DNA of 64,000 nucleotides from Spirochaetota bacterium (GTDB lineage Bacteria; Spirochaetota; UBA4802; UBA5550): NCBI GenBank assembly GCA_963664815.2, contig CAXXHB010000003.1, positions 2,112,001 to 2,176,000 of the forward strand, read 5' to 3'. Shown piece by piece: positions 58,892 to 64,000 of this stretch (position 1 is its first letter; each line of letters starts with the position of its first letter). The notes under the pieces were generated by a model. It saw only the letters and a program-made list of their open reading frames with translations, ran no database searches and was not told where the DNA came from. The position numbers and the translations under genes were made by a program.

Positions 58892-59902
58892 TTACCTGGT
58901 TTGATAAAAATACTTATCACCGTTATGAAAGATTATCTTTTCTCTTTCAAGCTTCTGAAGCGTTAATTCTATCCACCCTTCGGCAAAGTTTTTTTTAAAG
59001 CGGTTATCAGATGGATACAGTCTGTCGATAATTTCTCTCAGTGAAAAGCCATCTGGTTTTGATTTAATCAGAAGTGAAAGGACATCATCCGTTCTTTTTT
59101 TTCTCCATTCTATAATTTCATTTAATCTCTCATAAGTTCTTGTAACAGGTCCTCCATGGGCAGGCAATATAATCTTCAGATTATTCAGATTCATCATTTT
59201 TATTAATGATGCTTCATACTGTTCCAGGTCAGATTTCGGAGGCCCCAGCCAGACATTGATGCTTTTCATCACATTATCACCTGAGAAGAGTATTCCATTA
59301 TTTTTATCATATAGAATTATATGATCACTGGAATGCCCGGGGGAATTAAACAGATACCACTCCCTGCCGTTGATATCAATTTTACTGTCCTGTTCAATAA
59401 TAATGTCCGGATCAGGAACAAAAGAGAGCCCCCATGATAACGCATAGACAGTGAACTCAAGTTCCTGTAAAAATGTTTTAAACAGATAAAATAGTACTCC
59501 GGCTGGTGGAATCTTTTTTCTCCTGTTATTCATCTCATATGAATCCCTGTAATCCCTGCTGCTTTTTATGATTCTGTTCATCTCTCCGGTAACTAATATC
59601 CGGAATCCCCATTTACTCCTGAGCTTTTTCAAACCTGAGAAATGATCGGCATGCGCATGGCTCAACAGAATTCTATCAATGTTATTTTCCACACCCCTTT
59701 CCTTACAGATTCCGATTATTTCTTTATAAGCCTTTGAAAATCTTCTTACAGAGCCACGGTCACCATAGCCCGCATCAAAAACCAGTCCGTTTTTCCCGGT
59801 AATGACATATATGTTTACAGGTGGTTTGAAAATTCCGATTACTCCTTTCTCTTTAATACTGAATATTCCCGGATAAACTTCTTTCAGAAACTTATTTTTC
59901 AT
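58892..59902 (-). CDS. MBL-fold metallo-hydrolase
   Basis: DAG, SHAHADHFSG, PGHS.DH, FSGD, PAHG; winged-helix-like tail. Confidence 0.88.
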   Translation of the reverse strand: MKNKFLKEVYPGIFSIKEKGVIGIFKPPVNIYVITGKNGLVFDAGYGDRGSVRRFSKAYKEIIGICKERGVENNIDRILLSHAHADHFSGLKKLRSKWGFRILVTGEMNRIIKSSRDYRDSYEMNNRRKKIPPAGVLFYLFKTFLQELEFTVYALSWGLSFVPDPDIIIEQDSKIDINGREWYLFNSPGHSSDHIILYDKNNGILFSGDNVMKSINVWLGPPKSDLEQYEASLIKMMNLNNLKIILPAHGGPVTRTYERLNEIIEWRKKRTDDVLSLLIKSKPDGFSLREIIDRLYPSDNRFKKNFAEGWIELTLQKLEREKIIFHNGDKYFYQTR

Positions 59903-60079
59903 TATTTATTAACCGTTATCTTTCTCATTAAGTATTTCAGGCTTATATCGTAATCTTATCAGGTTTTTCTTAAAATTCATATATCATTCGTAAAATCAAT
60001 TAAAATCTATAAATTTTTTCTTGATAAAATTCTGTATTTTATTAATCTTCAGTCATTCACCGTTTATAGAGTTTATACA

Positions 60080-60445
60080 ATGTCAATTTTTGAAAAAATA
60101 GCTGAAAGAAAAATCGAACAGGCCATGGCAAATGGCGAATTTGACAACCTTCCCAACAGCGGCAAACCACTCCCTCCGGATGACCTGGAAATGGTTCCTG
60201 AAGATTTGAGAATGGCTTATAAAATTCTTAAAAATGCAGGGATAGTACCGGAAGAGATTGAGCTTCAGAAAAGTATTGTAAACCTCACTACACTGCTTAA
60301 TGCCTGCGCAGACGAAGAAGAAAGAAAAAACATAAGATTAAAGATAAATGAAAAACAGCTCAGATACAATATGATTATGGAATCCCGGGGGCTAAAAAGA
60401 CTGGATCCGTTATACTTTGATAAAATAATGGATAAACTTAAATAA
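60080..60445 (+). CDS. DUF1992 (DnaJ-family-associated) protein
   Basis: IAE.KI..AM..GEFDNLP..GKPL...R..YKILKNAG..P. Confidence 0.88.
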   Translation: MSIFEKIAERKIEQAMANGEFDNLPNSGKPLPPDDLEMVPEDLRMAYKILKNAGIVPEEIELQKSIVNLTTLLNACADEEERKNIRLKINEKQLRYNMIMESRGLKRLDPLYFDKIMDKLK

Positions 60446-60492
60446 CCTGAAGTTTTACAGACAGTATTGTAATTTCATTGCGCAGCAGCTTA

Positions 60493-61293
60493 TTAAAACC
60501 GGCAGTTTTGTTGAGATAAAAAATCCCTGACCATTGCAATATCATCAATCATAAAACCATCAGCTCCAGCCTCGAAAACTCTTTTTAGCTGTATTTTATC
60601 TGATACATTCCATATATGAATCTTTATTCCTTTACGATGAAGCTGCTCAATAATTGCTCCGCTGGAAAGATACGATGCTCCTATGGCTTCCGGAACCTGG
60701 TATGCGTCAGCTTTAAACCCTTTGACAAAATATATCAACCCGGATTTAAAGAGAGCATAAACCCCCAGTATTCCTGCAAAAGTAAAAGATGTGGCACATT
60801 GAGGAAGAAGCTTTCTCACAAGCTTAATATTCTTTCCATACATTGAAGATGTCAGAACTCTGTCATATGCATTGTAGTTTTGAATTATTGAAACATAACT
60901 GTTAACAAGTTCCGTATCTTTTGTCATTATTGTGATATTAAATTTTTTATCCGGAAAAGTACTTAGAATCTCTTCAAGCGTCATAAATCTATAATTTTTA
61001 TCACGTAAAGAGAATTCTCCATTATTATCCCTGAAACTGTAACCTGCGTCAAAGCTTTTTAATTCATCCTTTGTAAAATCCGATACCAAACCCTTTGATT
61101 CACAGAGATTGTCAATTATTGTCTCTGATATTGCCATGATGATCTTATCCTTTGAAAACTGTATATTAAGGCAGACAACTTCAGCTCCTTCTGTAAAAGC
61201 TTCCTCTACTGCTTTAATTGTATTACCCGGATATTTTTTTGATGATGCGCTGTTAAAAAACACGACTGGTTCTGGTGTAAAAAAAGGTTTCAT
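60493..61293 (-). CDS. Glycerophosphodiester phosphodiesterase-like protein, active site degenerate
   Basis: P.NT..A...A, SKD, DAGY.F, TLEE, H.W.V, G.DG...D scaffold; no HRG motif and no E.D pair. Confidence 0.75.
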   Translation of the reverse strand: MKPFFTPEPVVFFNSASSKKYPGNTIKAVEEAFTEGAEVVCLNIQFSKDKIIMAISETIIDNLCESKGLVSDFTKDELKSFDAGYSFRDNNGEFSLRDKNYRFMTLEEILSTFPDKKFNITIMTKDTELVNSYVSIIQNYNAYDRVLTSSMYGKNIKLVRKLLPQCATSFTFAGILGVYALFKSGLIYFVKGFKADAYQVPEAIGASYLSSGAIIEQLHRKGIKIHIWNVSDKIQLKRVFEAGADGFMIDDIAMVRDFLSQQNCRF

Positions 61294-61700
61294 TCATTAA
61301 TACCTGATATAATCCAATAATTTTAATTAAAAACAATTTCAATAAAAATAAAATAATAATAGAACTTGAGACTAAACTGAACCCTGTACCAGCATGAAAG
61401 CTGCTGCGAGAATATTTTAAAATTTTTTACACCTTTAAACCACAAAAATAAATTTATTCTGCAGCAATTTTATTATATAAAACCCTATGACGCAGTTCTT
61501 ATCATTGATTTCTCTATACATTTTTTTTATTTATAATTATTTAACTATCTGTTTAACTGACAGTAATACTTATAAATAGTAACGTATATATAAATTTTAT
61601 CTTTTATAAATAATTATATATTTTTTTTTATTGCTTTTAAAAATACCTGATATATTATTTAAATATATGGCAACAAAAATTTGTTTTCAAGGATGATAAT

Positions 61701-62243
61701 ATGGCAACCGCAACAGCTCTTATAAAAGCATATATGACAGAAACCATTCCTTCGAATGGAGGATTTATTGTAACTGCATATTTCATACACGGCAGCTACT
61801 CAATATACGAAATAACTGCTTACAGAAATGTAAAGGATATATTCAGAACAGAAGATGGTGTTACTTTTAAAACTGACGGAAACAGAACCCATATACTTGT
61901 TGAGCCAGTTTCATACACAAAGAAATATGTAGAGCCTGTCAACAGGGAAGCCGGTGATTCTATTCCATACAGGTTTAATGAAATGACTACAATTCTAGGA
62001 CCTAAAAGTGAAAAAATTATGATCCCTGAAAAACCTATCATGCTCTATTCATCGTTTACAATTCTTGAACAGCAAACCGATTATTTTTCTTATATATTTC
62101 ATCCTACAAAAGATGTTTATGTTGCAATGAAAAAGTTTTTGGCAGATTCGTTGTATAATGATTGTAATCTGGGGCTATCTGTTTCGAAAGAAGTATCTTC
62201 AAAATGTCTTGAGATAATTAAACAGTTTTCCATTTTTGGATGA
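61701..62243 (+). CDS. Hypothetical protein
   Basis: 180-aa ORF with AAGGA RBS; no family recognised. Confidence 0.7.
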   Translation: MATATALIKAYMTETIPSNGGFIVTAYFIHGSYSIYEITAYRNVKDIFRTEDGVTFKTDGNRTHILVEPVSYTKKYVEPVNREAGDSIPYRFNEMTTILGPKSEKIMIPEKPIMLYSSFTILEQQTDYFSYIFHPTKDVYVAMKKFLADSLYNDCNLGLSVSKEVSSKCLEIIKQFSIFG

Positions 62244-62370
62244 TTACATTTGTTTTTTTATCAATTCCTGATTCTTCATTCACATATGTTACAGGGTAAA
62301 TATTGTTGACAAATTGTTATTTAAAACATTCTATATTTTTAAATATGAAAATGAGGTAATTCAAACATAA

Positions 62371-63207
62371 ATGCCATCTGACAGTTCCGACCCCTTAAGT
62401 AACTCACATTTAAAACGAATTATAAACTCTATCAAAAAGCTATTAAAAAAATTTGATGATGACAGCTTTGATGCTGAAGCGTATGAACAGCTGGACACCC
62501 CGCGGAAAGACATGATACATGGCGTTGTAATGCTTTCTGAATTGAACACAAAAGATATTATGATACCGAGAGTAGACCTTGTAGCAATTGATTCAGATAT
62601 AGATCTTAAATCACTTGTAAAAGTTATATTAGATGCCGGACATTCGAGAATGCCTGTTTATGATGAGACAATCGATAACATCATCGGAGTTTTATATGTA
62701 AAAGATTTAATTAAGTTAATAACTATATCCGGTAAACAAAAAAGATTTAACATTAAAAAACTGATTCATGAACCGTTTTTCGTTCCTGAAACAATGCCTC
62801 TTGATGAACTATTGCTTAAATTTAAATTAAAGAAATTGCACCTCGCAATTGTAATTGATGAATATGGCGGCCTTGGCGGCATTGTTACACTTGAAGATAT
62901 TCTGGAAGTAATTGTTGGAGACATCAATGATGAGTACGATGTTGATGAATTGCCGGAATTTGTAAAAACAGGACCAAATTCCTATGATGTAGACTCCAGA
63001 ATGCTGATATCGGTTTTTAATGATGAACTGAAAAAACATATACCTACAGATGATTTTGACACTATCGGCGGTTTTGTATTTGATCTGTTCGGACGGGTTC
63101 CTGAAAAGGATGAAACCATCAAATATGAAAATATAACATTCAAGATTAAAGAAATTTCAGGTATAAAAATAATCCGTATAACTGTAACTATATCAAAACA
63201 GAAATAG
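62371..63207 (+). CDS. HlyC/CorC-family CBS-pair transporter-associated protein
   Basis: IMIPR, GHSR.PVY, FVPE, VIDEYGG..G.VTLEDILE.IVG.I.DE.D, DTIGG. Confidence 0.9.
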   Translation: MPSDSSDPLSNSHLKRIINSIKKLLKKFDDDSFDAEAYEQLDTPRKDMIHGVVMLSELNTKDIMIPRVDLVAIDSDIDLKSLVKVILDAGHSRMPVYDETIDNIIGVLYVKDLIKLITISGKQKRFNIKKLIHEPFFVPETMPLDELLLKFKLKKLHLAIVIDEYGGLGGIVTLEDILEVIVGDINDEYDVDELPEFVKTGPNSYDVDSRMLISVFNDELKKHIPTDDFDTIGGFVFDLFGRVPEKDETIKYENITFKIKEISGIKIIRITVTISKQK

Positions 63208-63208
63208 T

Positions 63209-63955
63209 ATGTCACTGGAAAAAGATACCGGAATAGTTTTATCAAAAAGCAGTTCCGGAGAAGCTGATGATGTTTGCAGCATTTATACAAAGACTTCAGG
63301 AAAGGATAAATTTATCTTCCGGGGATTAAAAAAATCTTCAAAACGTCCCCGAACAGCATCTGAGCCAGGTTCAATTCTTAACCTTATTTATTATTCAGGC
63401 AAAAACGGCAGTTTTAATACTGTATCCGAATTTGATATTCCAGTAACATACGGCTCAATAAGAAAAAGCAGTGATAAAATATTCTCTCTCTGCTTTATCC
63501 TTGAACTGGTAGACTTGACAACAGGTTTAAGCGATCCTAACATTAAAATATTTAAGCTTCTCTCTGCCGGAATTGATACATTATCAAGAACTGACTTTCC
63601 TGCACATTTCACAGTTTTTTTTGCTATAAAATATCTTCTGCTACAGGGTGTTTTTCCCGAAACCGGAAGATGTATGTATTGCGGCACTGGCGATAATGAA
63701 AAGCTTATAATAGAAAACGCCGGATTCAAAACTTCATGTCTCAACTGTTCCGATATTCAATTAACAGCATTAAACACCATAGAAACTGAATTTGTAAATC
63801 AGTGCGTTAATCTCAAGCTTGATAAAATTGAATGCGGGAAATATCCTGAAAAAAACATAGCTTTAATATTAGCAACTCTGATAAATTATATAAATTCATA
63901 TTATAATGTTTATTTGAAAACCGGTTCAATCATTTTGAAATCGATATCAGGATAG
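63209..63955 (+). CDS. recO: DNA repair protein RecO
   Basis: GIVL......EAD.....T...GK OB-fold start and a C..C...C..C zinc finger. Confidence 0.85.
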   Translation: MSLEKDTGIVLSKSSSGEADDVCSIYTKTSGKDKFIFRGLKKSSKRPRTASEPGSILNLIYYSGKNGSFNTVSEFDIPVTYGSIRKSSDKIFSLCFILELVDLTTGLSDPNIKIFKLLSAGIDTLSRTDFPAHFTVFFAIKYLLLQGVFPETGRCMYCGTGDNEKLIIENAGFKTSCLNCSDIQLTALNTIETEFVNQCVNLKLDKIECGKYPEKNIALILATLINYINSYYNVYLKTGSIILKSISG

Positions 63956-64000
63956 TGCTAAAATGCCGGTTTTCTTATCACAGCATCAATATTTTCACGA

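Overview
AT-rich bacterial chromosome segment, probably from a Spirochaetota lineage. This is an inference from the Leptospira-like aspS-phoH-HD-ybeY-tilS-ftsH order, the corC-recO pair and an FGE-type lipoprotein. Bases 1-18.2 kb hold a two-partner-secretion/contact-dependent-inhibition (CDI-like) locus on the minus strand: TPR lipoprotein, CdiB-type transporter, small exported protein, ~2300-aa CdiA-type exoprotein and a cognate immunity gene, followed by two orphan toxin/immunity modules and an IS701-family element. Two things stand out. (1) Every toxin-immunity module ends in a copy of a ~110-bp imperfect palindrome. It has integron-attC-like architecture but an AAT/ATT core and Xer/dif-like arms, and its flanks look shuffled between copies and carry a consensus promoter or a start codon. 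(2) The immunity gene behind the ADP-ribosyltransferase-like CdiA tip looks like a stand-alone copy of EF-Tu domain III, a possible target-mimic decoy. Bases 18.5-22.5 kb are accessory DNA with an IS1182-family element inserted (6-bp TSD) into a REP-like tandem repeat. The remainder is housekeeping (recG, ftsH, tilS, ybeY, phoH, aspS, recO), lipid/redox metabolism and signalling genes, several of them catalytically degenerate. No rRNA, tRNA, CRISPR array, integrase or reverse transcriptase was seen. All family assignments come from motif recognition by eye, not database searches.
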